Shown here: positions 1 through 10,023 of the stretch, piece by piece
Position numbering within the stretch: position 1 is the first letter of the stretch
How the letters are laid out: each line of letters opens with the position of its first letter
Source of the DNA: Alphaproteobacteria bacterium
GTDB taxonomy: Bacteria > Pseudomonadota > Alphaproteobacteria > GCA-2731375
Assembly: GCA_965232515.1 (NCBI GenBank)
Contig: CBDDPY010000002.1
Coordinates: 4,224,001 to 4,288,000, forward strand
Length of the DNA: 64,000 nt
Direction: 5' to 3'
Notes under the pieces: model-generated
The model's database searches: none
What the model saw: only the letters and a program-made list of their open reading frames with translations
What the model was told of the DNA's origin: nothing
Made by a program: the position numbers and the translations under genes

Positions 1-133
1 GCCGGCGCAGCGCGGGTTGCGGTTCCGCAGCTCCGTCACTACCAAAAAGCGATCCTTGCACCGCCGCACTGGTATTTTCCGCGCATTCGTGGTTCGCTTA
101 CAGCTAAGAAGCTTCCGCCAAAGGGAGGCCGAC

Positions 134-622
134 ATGCGAATGCTTATCGTCGCTGTGACATTTTTGGTTGGCTTGACATCGTCGGGCTGGACACAGGAAA
201 GCCAACCGGCCGAGGAACCACCGCCCGCCGTCATCGCGGACGTGCAGGTGCTGCTGACCGATCTGGGCTTCAAGCCCGGACCGATCGACGGCATCTGCGG
301 CGATCGCACGGTCGCCGCGATCAAGGCCTATCAGATCGCGGCCGGCGTCTCGGTCAGCGGCAAGATCACCGACGACCTGATCGCCAGGCTGAGAGCCGCG
401 CGCGAGCGCGCGTCGACGCCGATTCCGGCGACGGTGCGGACAGCATCAAAACACCGATGCGAGTCCTACATCATGCTGATCGCCACCGGCGCCGTGCGCA
501 TCACGGGCGGGTGCCCGGACGACGCGCCGGCGGCGCTACGCCAGCGTCATCAGGAAGAGATCCGGGCGGCCATGGCGCGCGATCCGGATCCGATCTTCAA
601 AATCGTGCGCACGGCGCAGTAG
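134..622 (+). CDS. Secreted peptidoglycan-binding domain protein (PG_binding_1-like)
   Basis: GGAGG RBS before ATG 134; signal peptide; motif VQVLLTDLGFKPGPIDGICGDRTVAAIKAYQ. Confidence 0.85.
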   Translation: MRMLIVAVTFLVGLTSSGWTQESQPAEEPPPAVIADVQVLLTDLGFKPGPIDGICGDRTVAAIKAYQIAAGVSVSGKITDDLIARLRAARERASTPIPATVRTASKHRCESYIMLIATGAVRITGGCPDDAPAALRQRHQEEIRAAMARDPDPIFKIVRTAQ

Positions 623-715
623 TCGGCTGTCATTAGTGAGGCAGCGCACAGGCCGGCCGCGAAGCAAAGGACATAATATCGACACACAACCTGGAAGAGG
701 GGGGCAAGTCCGTCC

Positions 716-1777
716 ATGACATCGGTGTCACGGCGGCTGCCGACGACCATGAAACGACCTCAGGCACGCACCAACACCATCACATCGACCCCGGCGAGTC
801 GGTTCTGGCCGGTCTGGACGGCGGCGCTGATGCTCGCCGGCCTCCTCGGCGCACTGATATCGGCGTCGGCCTTCGCGCAACAGTCGGAGAACCTGGCCGA
901 CAAGATCAACAAGGGCACGGTCGGCATCATCTCGGGCGGTGTCGACGGCACCTATATCCGCATCGCCACCGATCTCGCCTCGGTGCTGGACAAAGGCGAT
1001 CAATTGCGCGTCGTGCCGATCGTCGGCAAGGGCTCGATCCAGAACATCGCCGATATCCTCTATCTCCGGGGCATCGACATCGGCATCGTGCAGTCCGACG
1101 TGCTGGCGCATATCCGGCGCGAGAACATCTATCCCAACATCGAGCAAAAGGTGAGCTACATCACCAAGCTCTATAACGAGGAGTTCCATCTGCTGGTGTC
1201 GCGGGACGTCCAGTCGGTGCAGGATCTGGCCGGCCGGCAAGTCAACTTCGGCGTTGCCGGCAGCGGCACCTTCATGACGGCGTCGATCGTCTTCGACACG
1301 CTGGGCGTCGACGTGCGGCCGGTCTCGCTCGATCAGGCCCTGGCGCTGGAGCGGCTGAAGACGGGCGAGCTGGCCGGCATGGTCTATGTCGCCGGCAAGC
1401 CGGCGCGGATCTTCTCGGACATCACGGCCGACGACGGCGTGCGGCTGCTCCCCGTACCGCTATCGCCCGAGCTGCTCGACACCTATCTGCCGTCGCGGTT
1501 CTCCAGCGAAGACTATCCACGGCTGCTGTCGTCGGGCGACACGGTCGACACCGTCGCCGTCGGGGCCGTCATGGCCGTCTACGACTGGAAGCCGGGCACC
1601 GCGCGCTATTACAAGGTCGCGCGTTTCGTCGACGAATTCTTCGGCCGGTTCGGCGATTTCCAGATGGCGCCACGCCACCGGAAATGGCTGGAGGTCAGCC
1701 TGACGGCGGAGCTACCGGGCTGGAAGCGCTTCGCCCCCGCCGAGAAGGCGCTGGCAAAGGTGAAGGGCGCGAACTGA
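716..1777 (+). CDS. TAXI family TRAP-type solute-binding protein
   Basis: Signal peptide; motifs GGVDGTY, GKGSIQNI, DIGIVQSDV, KLYNEEFH. Confidence 0.9.
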   Translation: MTSVSRRLPTTMKRPQARTNTITSTPASRFWPVWTAALMLAGLLGALISASAFAQQSENLADKINKGTVGIISGGVDGTYIRIATDLASVLDKGDQLRVVPIVGKGSIQNIADILYLRGIDIGIVQSDVLAHIRRENIYPNIEQKVSYITKLYNEEFHLLVSRDVQSVQDLAGRQVNFGVAGSGTFMTASIVFDTLGVDVRPVSLDQALALERLKTGELAGMVYVAGKPARIFSDITADDGVRLLPVPLSPELLDTYLPSRFSSEDYPRLLSSGDTVDTVAVGAVMAVYDWKPGTARYYKVARFVDEFFGRFGDFQMAPRHRKWLEVSLTAELPGWKRFAPAEKALAKVKGAN

Positions 1778-1812
1778 CGCGAGACGGCGGCGCATCGAAC
1801 CGGTATCGCCTG

Positions 1813-1915
1813 CTTCGAGACGACTCCTTCGGGGTCTCCTCAGCATAAGGATTCTTATTTGATATCAGTGCCTTACCTCATGCGGAGGAGGACCAACGGC
1901 CCGTCTCGAAGGATG
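1813..1915. repeat. Degenerate alphaproteobacterial REP-like inverted pair between convergent genes
   Basis: CTTCGAGACG..CTCCTCAGCATAAGG and CCTCATGCGGAGGAG..CGTCTCGAAGGATG are imperfect inverted copies. Confidence 0.65.
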
Positions 1916-1941
1916 GGCCATCATGCACTCGCCAGCCGAAG

Positions 1942-4900
1942 TTATTGCACCTTTGCGCCGGCCTGTTCGCGTAGCCAGGTTTTGAGCAACTCGATCTGGG
2001 TGGTGGCGTCGAGGTCGCCGCGTTCGGCGCCGATGGTGTACCACTCGAAGGCCCGCTCGGTATTGGTCGAGGGTCCGCGGATACCGACGCGGTCGAGATA
2101 GGACGGATCGTGGCTTTTGGCGAAGGCAGTGGCGCCCTTGGCACTGCCGCGCTTGGCGGCGAACTCGAACAGCAGGCGGGCGCCGGCGACATCACCCTCC
2201 CGCATCAGCTTGTCGCCCCGCTCCATCATGCGGGCGATCAGCAGTTCGCTCGACTGGCTGCCGCCGCTCAGATCGGGCGCCTTCCCGGCCGCGGCGTCCG
2301 CGACGCCGAGCAGTGCCGGCGCCGTCGACATGGCGACGGCCGGCCGCGTCTCGTCGGCGCGCGGCGGCAGCGGCGTGCGTTCCTCCTGGCCCGCCGTGAC
2401 CGTTGCCGCGTTCAGCGGTCCATCCTGCGCCGGTTCGCTCGATTCGGCCGGTGACGGCGACGGATTTTGTTCGGTCGTCGCCGCCGTCGGCGTCGCCTGC
2501 TCCGCCACCTCCAGCGGGTCGGTCTCTCTCGGCGCCGGCGGCTCGGTGGTCGTCGCCTCGTCGAGGTTTGCCAGTACTTCGAGATCCTCCGGCGGTATCG
2601 GCTCAGGTGCCCGGGCCGGGGTGGCCTGACGCGCCGGAGCCGGCTTTTGGGCGACTTGCGGCTCCGCCTTGGGTTCCTCAACAGGTGGCGGCGCGTCGAC
2701 CGTCACGCTGGCCCAGCTCACGGCGACGTCGGCGCCGTTCCTCTCGGTCGCGGCGGCCGCGACCGTCAACTCGAACGGATCGGACAGGCCGGCCGGCGGC
2801 GTCAGTACCAGGTTCGCGAGATCGGCCGCCGCCAACCGCCAGCGGCCCTCGCCCGCGGCCCGGCCGGCCGACAGGATCGCGCCCGCCGGCAGTCCGGAGA
2901 CGGTGAGCGACAGGCGTTCGGAGCCGTCATCGTCGACCAATGCCGCTTCAATCGGCAGCTCGATGGCGCCGTCCGCCGTCGCCGACGTCGCGCCAATGGA
3001 CAGCGACGGCGCATCGGCAATGGCGGCGATCCGCAGCGGGACGGCGACAGCGGTCGTCGCCGTGTCGCCGTCGGCCTCGGTCGCCGAGGCGGTGACGCTG
3101 AGTTCGAAAGCGCCGCTCGAATGCTCGGGCAGCGTCAGCGCGAGACCGTCGAGGTCGTCGACCGTCAGGCGCCAACGGCCATCGCCTTCATCGCTTCCCG
3201 CCGACGGTCGCGCGCCGTCCGGCAGACCGGCGATCTCGATCGAAAGCTGTTCGGAACCGTCGGTGTCGGCGAGGCCGGCATCGATGGCGAGCGGCGTCGC
3301 CGCGCCCTCGCGGCCGACCGCGTCGGCCACCGCCAGCCCCGGCGCGTCGGCGGCGCCGCGGATGTCGATGCCAACCTCGGTCACGGTCTCGGCGGTGCTC
3401 TCGTCCGCCTCCGTCGCGGTCGCGGTGATGGACAGATCCAGCCTGCCGCTGAAATCGGCGGGCGGGATCAGCGTCAAGTCGGTCAGGTCATCTGCCGACA
3501 GCCGCCAGCGACCGTCCGCGTCGGCCTCGCCAGCGGAAAGCCGGGCATCGTCCGCAAGGCCGGCGACCGTGAGCGTCAAACGCTCCGAGCCGTCGTCGTC
3601 GGCAAGCGTGGCGACGATGACGAGCGGCACGGCCTCGTCCTCGACGCCGGTCGCCGTCTCGGCCGACAGAACCGGTGCATCGGCGACCGGGTTCATGGCG
3701 ACGCGGACGACGCCGGTTGCCGTGGCGCTGTCGCCGTCGCTCTCGTCCGCCGTCGCCGTGACCGACAACGCGATCAGACCGCTGCGGTTCGGCGGCGGCG
3801 TGAGCGCGAGGTTCGCGAGATCGGCCTCGGCGAGCCGCCAGCGGCCGTCGCCCTCGTCCTGGCCGGCGGACAGCGTGGCGTCGGCCGGCACGCCGTCGAC
3901 GATGACGGCCGACAGTTTCTCCGAGCCGTCAGCATCGGCGGGCTCAGCCGCAATCTCGAGCGGGATCGGCTGGTCCTCGAGACCGACGACATTGGTCAGC
4001 ATGAGACGCGGCGTGTCGGCGACGCCCGCGACGCGGACCCGGACGATACCGAGGCTGACGGCGGCGTCGCCGTCGGCCTCGCGCGCGGTGGCGTTAACCG
4101 CGAGCTCGAAGGCGCCGCTGAAATCGGCGGGCGGCGTGAGCGTCAGGCCGTCGAGCGCGCCGGCGTCGAGCCGCCACCGCCCCTCGCCCTCGTCGTCGCC
4201 GGCCGACAGGCGGACGCCGTCGGGAACGCCCTCGAGGACGATGTCGGCGAGCGTTTCGGAGCCGTCCGTATCGGCCGTCGCGACGGCAATGGCGAGCGGC
4301 AGCGGCGCGTCCTCCGCGCCGTCCGCGTCTTTCAGGGTCAGGACGGGCGCGTCGGCGACCGCGGCCACGTCGACCGTGATGGCGCCGTCGCTGCTGGCCG
4401 TGTCGCCGTCCCGCTCCGTCGCCGTGGCGCTGAGCGACAGCTCGATCCGGCCGCTGAAGTCGGGCGGCGGGGTGAGGCTGAGGTCCGCGAGATCCGATGC
4501 CGCCAATTGCCAGCGCCCGTCACCGGCATCCTCGCCTGCGGACAGCGTCGCCCCCGCGGGCAAGCCGGCCAGCAACACACTCAAGCTCTCCGAACCGTCC
4601 GCGTCGGCGGCCGCGACCGCCAGGTCGAGCGGAATGGCACTATCCTCCTGACCGGCAAGCGCGTCGGCGGTCAGCACCGGCGGATCGGCGACGCCGGCGA
4701 GCGCGACCTCGACCCTCGCCGTGGCGCTGGCGTCCAGGCCGGCCTCACTGGCGACGGCCGTCAGGTCGAGCGCGAAGGTTCCGCTGAAATCGGCCGGCGG
4801 CGTCAGTTGCAGGCCGTCGAGATCCTCAAGCGACAGCCGCCAACGGCCGTCATCGCCGGCCTGGCCGGCGGACAAAGCGGCGCCGTCGGGCAGCCCGGCC

Positions 4901-7716
4901 AGGGCGAGGGTCAAACTTTCGGAGCCGTCGGGATCGGCCGACGAGAGCGAAATGGTCAGCGGAACCGCCTCGTCCTCGGCGCCCGTCGCGTCCTCGGCGA
5001 CGAGGATCGGCACATCCGGAACGCCGGTGACCTTGACCTGAACGATATCGGCGATGGTCGCGCTGTCGCCGTCGGCCTCGATCGCCGTCGCGGCAATCGC
5101 CAGCTCGAACACGCCGGCAAAGGACGGCGGCGGCACCAAGGCAAGGTCCGCGAGCTGGTCTGACGACAAGCGCCAGCGGCCGCCCCCGATCTCCTCGCCG
5201 GCCGAGAGCGTGGCGCCCTCGGGCAGGCCGGCGACCGTCACGGTCAGGCGCTCGGAGCCGTCCGCGTCGGCAACATCGGCCGCGATGGCGAGGGCGCCGG
5301 CCTGATCCTCGACGGTTTCGACCGGGGCGACGGCGAGCAAGGGATCGTCGGCGCGGGCCGCGAGCGTGGCGCGCAACGGCCGCGTGGTGGCCGGCGCGTC
5401 GGCGTCGTCCGCGCCGGCGCGCGCGGTGACCTCGAGCTCGATGGCGCCGCTGAAATCAGCCGGCGGGATCAACAGCAGACCGGCAAGCTCGCCGGCCGAC
5501 AAGCGCCAGGCGCCGCCATCGGTCGCGGTTCCGGCCGACAGCGTGGCGCCGGCGGGCAGGCCGGCGATCTCGACGACCACCGGCGTCGCGGGCGTCGCGG
5601 ACGGCAGGGCGATGTCGAGCGGCAGCGGCTGGTCCTCGACGCCGACCGCCGCCGTCACCTCTAACGCCGGCGCCACGGCGGCCTGCGCCACCACAACTTG
5701 CGACGGCGCGGCGTCGGCCAGTCGAGTCTCTCCCGCGTGGGCCGTGGCATCCTCAACGCTGTTCGCCAGGATCAGCGGCGCGACCGGCCGCGGCGGCGGC
5801 GCCATGGGCATGGTCCTGGTGGCGCCGATCCCCGGCACCGGATCGGCCGCAGCCGGATCGACCAACGTACGCCGCAGCGATTCCTCGGCCGAGGCCTGGC
5901 GGTCCTGCATGGCGCGCACGATGGTCAGGTTGTCGGTCACCAGGTCGGTCGCCTCGGGTTGCGCGACGGCGCGACTCAGGAGCGCGACGGCGCCGTCGAG
6001 CCGGCCGGTCCGGGCCAGCGACAGGGCGTAGTTGTTGAGGACCACAGGGTTGTCCGGCGAGAGCCGCAGCGCCTGCCGGTAGCTGTTGGCGGCGTCGGGC
6101 CGCTGCCCCAGGCTGTCATAGGCGGCGCCGAGCAGCGTGAAGATCTGCCAGTCCTCGGGCGCGCGCTCAGCGGCGCGCTCCAGGACCTGGATGGCCCGCG
6201 CGGATGCGCCATCGTCAAGCTCAACCTTGGCCAGCTCGATCAGCAGCGGCGGGTTGTCGCCCCGATCCGTCAACGCGGCCTCGACCAGGCCGCGTGCCTC
6301 GGCCGGGCGGTCGAGCTGGCGCAGACTGCGCGCCAGGCCCAGCAGCGCGTCGAGATCGGACGGCTGACGGTCGTAGAGGGCGCGGTAGCGGTCGACGGCG
6401 GCGGCAAAGTTGGCGTCCTGCTCGGCGTCGAGCGCGGCCGCGCGCAGGTCGGCGTCGGGCCGAATCGGTGCAAGCGGCGCGAACGGCGCGGTCGCGAGCT
6501 CCGGCACCGACGGCGGCGCCGGATCCATGACCCTGACGACGGGCGCCATCACGACCGAATCCTGACGATCGGCACGATCGAGATCGGCGCCGACCGCCGT
6601 CGCGCCGATGCCGATGACCAGGCCGAGCATGACATGGCCCGGCCGCAGCGGTGGCAGCAGACGCGGCAGCCACACCGTGCGTGGCGGCGTTTCGACGTCG
6701 CGGCGCCGTCGGGGCGGTCGGGCTGGCGGCGGCGTGCTCGTCTGGATCGTGACGGCCGGCGCCGGCGATGGCTCGGCTGCCGCCTCGGCCCGCGCGGCGG
6801 ATACCGGTTCCGTTTTCGGCTGTGACACGCTCGACGACGGATTGAGGTCGACGAGGTCGATCAGCCGGGGACGGTTCTCGGCGACGGGCACCGGGACGGG
6901 GTCGTCCGCCACCGGCAGCAGCGTGTCCTGCATGGCCTGCGCCACGTTCTCGGCCGTAACGCGCTCGGCGCGGGCAAGGCCGGCGAACAGCAGCGCATGG
7001 CCGGCGAGCTGCGCAACCAGCCGAAAGCTGCCGCCCGCGCGTTGCATAATCGCCTCGCAGGCATCGTCACCGAACAGATCGGGTCCCTCATAGCCGGCCT
7101 GCGCCAGGTGATGGTCGATGAAAGGGCGGATCTCGTCAGGCGCGATCGGCGCCAGAACGGCGTGCGGCAGGCTCGCGCCGGCGACCTCCTCGCCGGTGAG
7201 CGCGTCCAGCCGCGCCGCGATGTCGGGCATACCGACCAGCACGAACTGGGCGACGCCCTTGTCGGCGGGCGGGCGCGTCGACAGGCGCACCAGGTCGGTC
7301 AGCGTCTCGTCCGACAGATGCTCCGCTTCGTCGACCAGCAGGATCACACGGCCGTCGCCGCCGGCCGCGGCGATGCGGTCGGCCATGGCCTCGACCGACA
7401 GCGGTCCGTCGTCGGCCGACAGATCGATACCAAGATCGAGGCAGCAACGCGACAGCAGGTCGGCCAGGTTTTCGGACGCCCGGTAAGCCAGGAAGACGCG
7501 CCGCGACTGTGCTTCAAGGTCGCGTTGCAGCCGGCGCAGCAGCACGGACTTGCCGGCGCCCGCCGCGCCGGTCAGCAGGACGAGATCGGCGTCGCCCGAA
7601 AGCGCCGCCAGAAGCTGCCGGTGCGCCGCGCGGCCGCTGGACGTGAAGAAAAAGTGGGACGCATCCGGGGAAACCCGGAACGGGTTTTCTGTCAATTTCC
7701 AGTGTTCTGGAAACAT
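1942..7716 (-). CDS. Large multidomain protein: ExeA/GspA-like AAA ATPase, TPR region, 9 cadherin/Ig-like repeats, Sel1-like C-terminus
   Basis: ENPF start, Walker A GAAGAGKS, Walker B LLVDEA; TPR motif NPVVLNNYALSL; nine ~110-aa repeats with DGSE..GLPxGAxLSAG..GRWxL..PPADFSG; C-terminal GDVAGARLLFEFAA..AFEWY. Confidence 0.85.
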   Translation of the reverse strand: MFPEHWKLTENPFRVSPDASHFFFTSSGRAAHRQLLAALSGDADLVLLTGAAGAGKSVLLRRLQRDLEAQSRRVFLAYRASENLADLLSRCCLDLGIDLSADDGPLSVEAMADRIAAAGGDGRVILLVDEAEHLSDETLTDLVRLSTRPPADKGVAQFVLVGMPDIAARLDALTGEEVAGASLPHAVLAPIAPDEIRPFIDHHLAQAGYEGPDLFGDDACEAIMQRAGGSFRLVAQLAGHALLFAGLARAERVTAENVAQAMQDTLLPVADDPVPVPVAENRPRLIDLVDLNPSSSVSQPKTEPVSAARAEAAAEPSPAPAVTIQTSTPPPARPPRRRRDVETPPRTVWLPRLLPPLRPGHVMLGLVIGIGATAVGADLDRADRQDSVVMAPVVRVMDPAPPSVPELATAPFAPLAPIRPDADLRAAALDAEQDANFAAAVDRYRALYDRQPSDLDALLGLARSLRQLDRPAEARGLVEAALTDRGDNPPLLIELAKVELDDGASARAIQVLERAAERAPEDWQIFTLLGAAYDSLGQRPDAANSYRQALRLSPDNPVVLNNYALSLARTGRLDGAVALLSRAVAQPEATDLVTDNLTIVRAMQDRQASAEESLRRTLVDPAAADPVPGIGATRTMPMAPPPRPVAPLILANSVEDATAHAGETRLADAAPSQVVVAQAAVAPALEVTAAVGVEDQPLPLDIALPSATPATPVVVEIAGLPAGATLSAGTATDGGAWRLSAGELAGLLLIPPADFSGAIELEVTARAGADDADAPATTRPLRATLAARADDPLLAVAPVETVEDQAGALAIAADVADADGSERLTVTVAGLPEGATLSAGEEIGGGRWRLSSDQLADLALVPPPSFAGVFELAIAATAIEADGDSATIADIVQVKVTGVPDVPILVAEDATGAEDEAVPLTISLSSADPDGSESLTLALAGLPDGAALSAGQAGDDGRWRLSLEDLDGLQLTPPADFSGTFALDLTAVASEAGLDASATARVEVALAGVADPPVLTADALAGQEDSAIPLDLAVAAADADGSESLSVLLAGLPAGATLSAGEDAGDGRWQLAASDLADLSLTPPPDFSGRIELSLSATATERDGDTASSDGAITVDVAAVADAPVLTLKDADGAEDAPLPLAIAVATADTDGSETLADIVLEGVPDGVRLSAGDDEGEGRWRLDAGALDGLTLTPPADFSGAFELAVNATAREADGDAAVSLGIVRVRVAGVADTPRLMLTNVVGLEDQPIPLEIAAEPADADGSEKLSAVIVDGVPADATLSAGQDEGDGRWRLAEADLANLALTPPPNRSGLIALSVTATADESDGDSATATGVVRVAMNPVADAPVLSAETATGVEDEAVPLVIVATLADDDGSERLTLTVAGLADDARLSAGEADADGRWRLSADDLTDLTLIPPADFSGRLDLSITATATEADESTAETVTEVGIDIRGAADAPGLAVADAVGREGAATPLAIDAGLADTDGSEQLSIEIAGLPDGARPSAGSDEGDGRWRLTVDDLDGLALTLPEHSSGAFELSVTASATEADGDTATTAVAVPLRIAAIADAPSLSIGATSATADGAIELPIEAALVDDDGSERLSLTVSGLPAGAILSAGRAAGEGRWRLAAADLANLVLTPPAGLSDPFELTVAAAATERNGADVAVSWASVTVDAPPPVEEPKAEPQVAQKPAPARQATPARAPEPIPPEDLEVLANLDEATTTEPPAPRETDPLEVAEQATPTAATTEQNPSPSPAESSEPAQDGPLNAATVTAGQEERTPLPPRADETRPAVAMSTAPALLGVADAAAGKAPDLSGGSQSSELLIARMMERGDKLMREGDVAGARLLFEFAAKRGSAKGATAFAKSHDPSYLDRVGIRGPSTNTERAFEWYTIGAERGDLDATTQIELLKTWLREQAGAKVQ

Positions 7717-7937
7717 GACGTCATTCAGTCTGCCCTGATGTTGCGCGTACGCAACTGCCCGAGATCAGGTATTGCCATCCGGCACCCCCCGGAACCGGAA
7801 CGCATAAGCACTGATGTCAGATTATCACATCTTAACCAAACCGTCGAAACACGCGTCGGCGAGCGGTCTAAGGCGTTGGCTGTTCGATGGACTCAACGAT
7901 CGGCAACGGTCTTGGCGCCCAGGGCCGCATTGGCGCC

Positions 7938-8381
7938 TCAGGGCGTCGTGTCGGGCCCCCCGCCGAATGTCGACCCGCCCATGGCTTTCAGCATTCGGCC
8001 CATTTCGGCGTGAACCGTCTGAACGGCCTTTAGCGGACGAATCATTACCTTGAAGTCGATGATCTTTCCGTCGCTGTTCCATTCAATTATGTCCACGCCA
8101 TTGACGTAGAAGCCGTTCATTTCCGTCTCGAACTCCAGAACCGCGCGCTGGGCGCAATCGAAGATCCGGGTGTATTTGAACGTGTCGTTTCCAAGGGTCT
8201 CACCGGCCGCAAGCAGGTACGCCATGGTGATCTTCTTGCCCCTCTGCGGGGTATGGACGACGGGACTCAGGAAAACGACATCGTCCGCGAGTTGATCGGC
8301 CAATCCCGCCGCGGAGTGATCGTTTTCGAGCCAGTCCATCCACCGTTGCACGTTGGTTGGTTGCGTCGGCATTGTCGTCAT
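7938..8381 (-). CDS. SnoaL-like / NTF2 family protein
   Basis: LADDVVFLSPVVHTPQRGK, NGVDIIEWN.DGKI.DFKVMIRPLKA. Confidence 0.85.
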   Translation of the reverse strand: MTTMPTQPTNVQRWMDWLENDHSAAGLADQLADDVVFLSPVVHTPQRGKKITMAYLLAAGETLGNDTFKYTRIFDCAQRAVLEFETEMNGFYVNGVDIIEWNSDGKIIDFKVMIRPLKAVQTVHAEMGRMLKAMGGSTFGGGPDTTP

Positions 8382-8547
8382 ATCGCCCCATGGTCGATTT
8401 GGCGTCGCCTGCAACGCTAAACCTTTTCGACCCGCGCCGGCACATGTTTGTGCCACGATGCGCCGGCATGATGGCCGGCGCCGTCGCCGTGTCCGGCGTG
8501 GCGAGCCATCACGACAAAATCCGACAATTCGAGATTTCAGAAGTAGA

Positions 8548-8602
8548 AAAAGATGGAGCGGGCGATGAGATTCGAACTCACGACTTCAACCTTGGCAAGG
8601 TT
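8548..8602. repeat. Left attachment site: 55-bp direct repeat containing the 3' 49 nt of tRNA-Gly
   Basis: Identical to 44351-44405 (AAAAGATGGAGCGGGCG...GGCAAGGTT). Confidence 0.97.
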
Positions 8603-8706
8603 AGGGTCGTAGATTCCGCCTCGTTCCCGACTGTGCCTCGTGTGCCCTGTTTCCAAAGGGTTACGCTCCGAAAATCTCCTTAACATTCCTCAGGATGCCG
8701 CTACAT

Positions 8707-8735
8707 TGATTGCTGGTGATTGCTATTTGATTGCT
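8707..8735 (+). promoter_or_regulatory. Putative integrase arm-type binding sites (3x TGATTGCT)
   Basis: TGATTGCT at 8707, 8717, 8728; the same motif occurs at 44292 and 44303 inside the other end. Confidence 0.7.
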
Positions 8736-8748
8736 GGCCGGCGGTGCC

Positions 8749-10020
8749 ATGAAAGCGAAGATTACAAAGCGGACTGTCGACGCAGCCAAGCCCGGCAAGC
8801 GTGATCAGTTCATATGGGATGCTGAGGTCAAGGGTTTTGGCTTCAAGCTCACACCGGCGGGAAGTCGGGTCTACCTACTGCAAACCCGTGTTGATGGCCG
8901 TGTCCGCAGATACACTATTGGCCGGCACGGCTCGCCCTGGACACCAGACCAAGCCAGGACAGAAGCCCGTCGTTTGCTGGGGATTGTAGCCAGCGGCGAC
9001 GACCCGGCAGCGGAAAGAACACCCGCAGAGCAGAATCTTACGGTTTCGGTATTGTGCGACCGATACCTTGACGCCGCTGAACGCGGTGAGGTGATCACGC
9101 GCTTCGACGTTCCGAAAAAGGCGTCGACGCTGGCGATGGATCGCAGCCGGATAAACCGTCACGTCAAACCGTTGCTCGGCAAGAAGCGCGTTCGTGACCT
9201 GACATCCGACGACATCCGCAAGTTTATGGCCGATGTTGCTGCAGGGAAGACGGCGACCGATGAGAAAACCAAAAGGCGCGGCCGTGCCATAGTTCGCGGG
9301 GGGCGCGGTGCGGCAAGTCGTACAGTTGGCATGCTTGGCGCCATCCTCGATTACGCGGTCACGCAAAAGCTGCGTACTGATAACCCGTGCCGTGGCATCC
9401 GACGCTTCAAAGACGCCAAGAACGAACGCTTCCTATCAGCCAGCGAGCTTACACGGCTCGGTCAGACGCTGACGGTAGCCGAGAGCGATGGCGAGAACAC
9501 TTACGCCATTGCCGCCATTCGGGCGTTGGCGCTTACGGGTTGCCGCAGAAACGAAATTCTGACGCTGCGTCGGGCGTGGATCGACTATGAGCACTCGGCG
9601 CTGCGTCTGCCGGACAGCAAGACAGGCTCAAAGGTCGTGGCGATCGGAGCGGCGGCACTCGAATTGTTCGCGTCAATACCCTCCATCGAGGGATGCCCAT
9701 TCGTCTTCCCCAATGCCAAGGGCGATGGGCACTTTGTCGGCATACAGCGAGTGTGGGAACGCATCCGGGAAAAGGCTGGTTTGGCAGATGTTCGGCTTCA
9801 TGATCTCCGGCACAGCTTTGCCTCCGTCGCGGCAACTGGTGGTGACAGTCTGTTGGTTATCGGTGCGTTGCTTGGACACCGCGATGCAAAGACGACGGGC
9901 CGGTACGCTCATCTGACGCAAGATCCGGTCAAACGCGCCGCTGATCGCATATCCAACCGAATATCCGCCGCCCTGAAGGGCAGCCAGCCCGCAAACGTCG
10001 TCCCAATCAAGAAGGCCTGA
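8749..10020 (+). CDS. Tyrosine integrase with N-terminal arm-DNA-binding domain (P4-like)
   Basis: N-terminal WD..VKGFG..RRYTIGRHG; catalytic TGCRRNE, HDLRH, LLGH, RYAH. Confidence 0.96.
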   Translation: MKAKITKRTVDAAKPGKRDQFIWDAEVKGFGFKLTPAGSRVYLLQTRVDGRVRRYTIGRHGSPWTPDQARTEARRLLGIVASGDDPAAERTPAEQNLTVSVLCDRYLDAAERGEVITRFDVPKKASTLAMDRSRINRHVKPLLGKKRVRDLTSDDIRKFMADVAAGKTATDEKTKRRGRAIVRGGRGAASRTVGMLGAILDYAVTQKLRTDNPCRGIRRFKDAKNERFLSASELTRLGQTLTVAESDGENTYAIAAIRALALTGCRRNEILTLRRAWIDYEHSALRLPDSKTGSKVVAIGAAALELFASIPSIEGCPFVFPNAKGDGHFVGIQRVWERIREKAGLADVRLHDLRHSFASVAATGGDSLLVIGALLGHRDAKTTGRYAHLTQDPVKRAADRISNRISAALKGSQPANVVPIKKA

Positions 10021-10023
10021 ACG

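Noticed and set aside
2467-5163. Long plus-strand ORFs (898 and 660 aa)
   Set aside because: Antisense shadows of the high-GC repeat gene, with Arg- or Ser/Ala-biased composition and no motifs.
8554-8602. Second tRNA-Gly gene
   Set aside because: Only the 3' 49 nt are present, with no D-arm or 5' acceptor strand; it is the att duplication.
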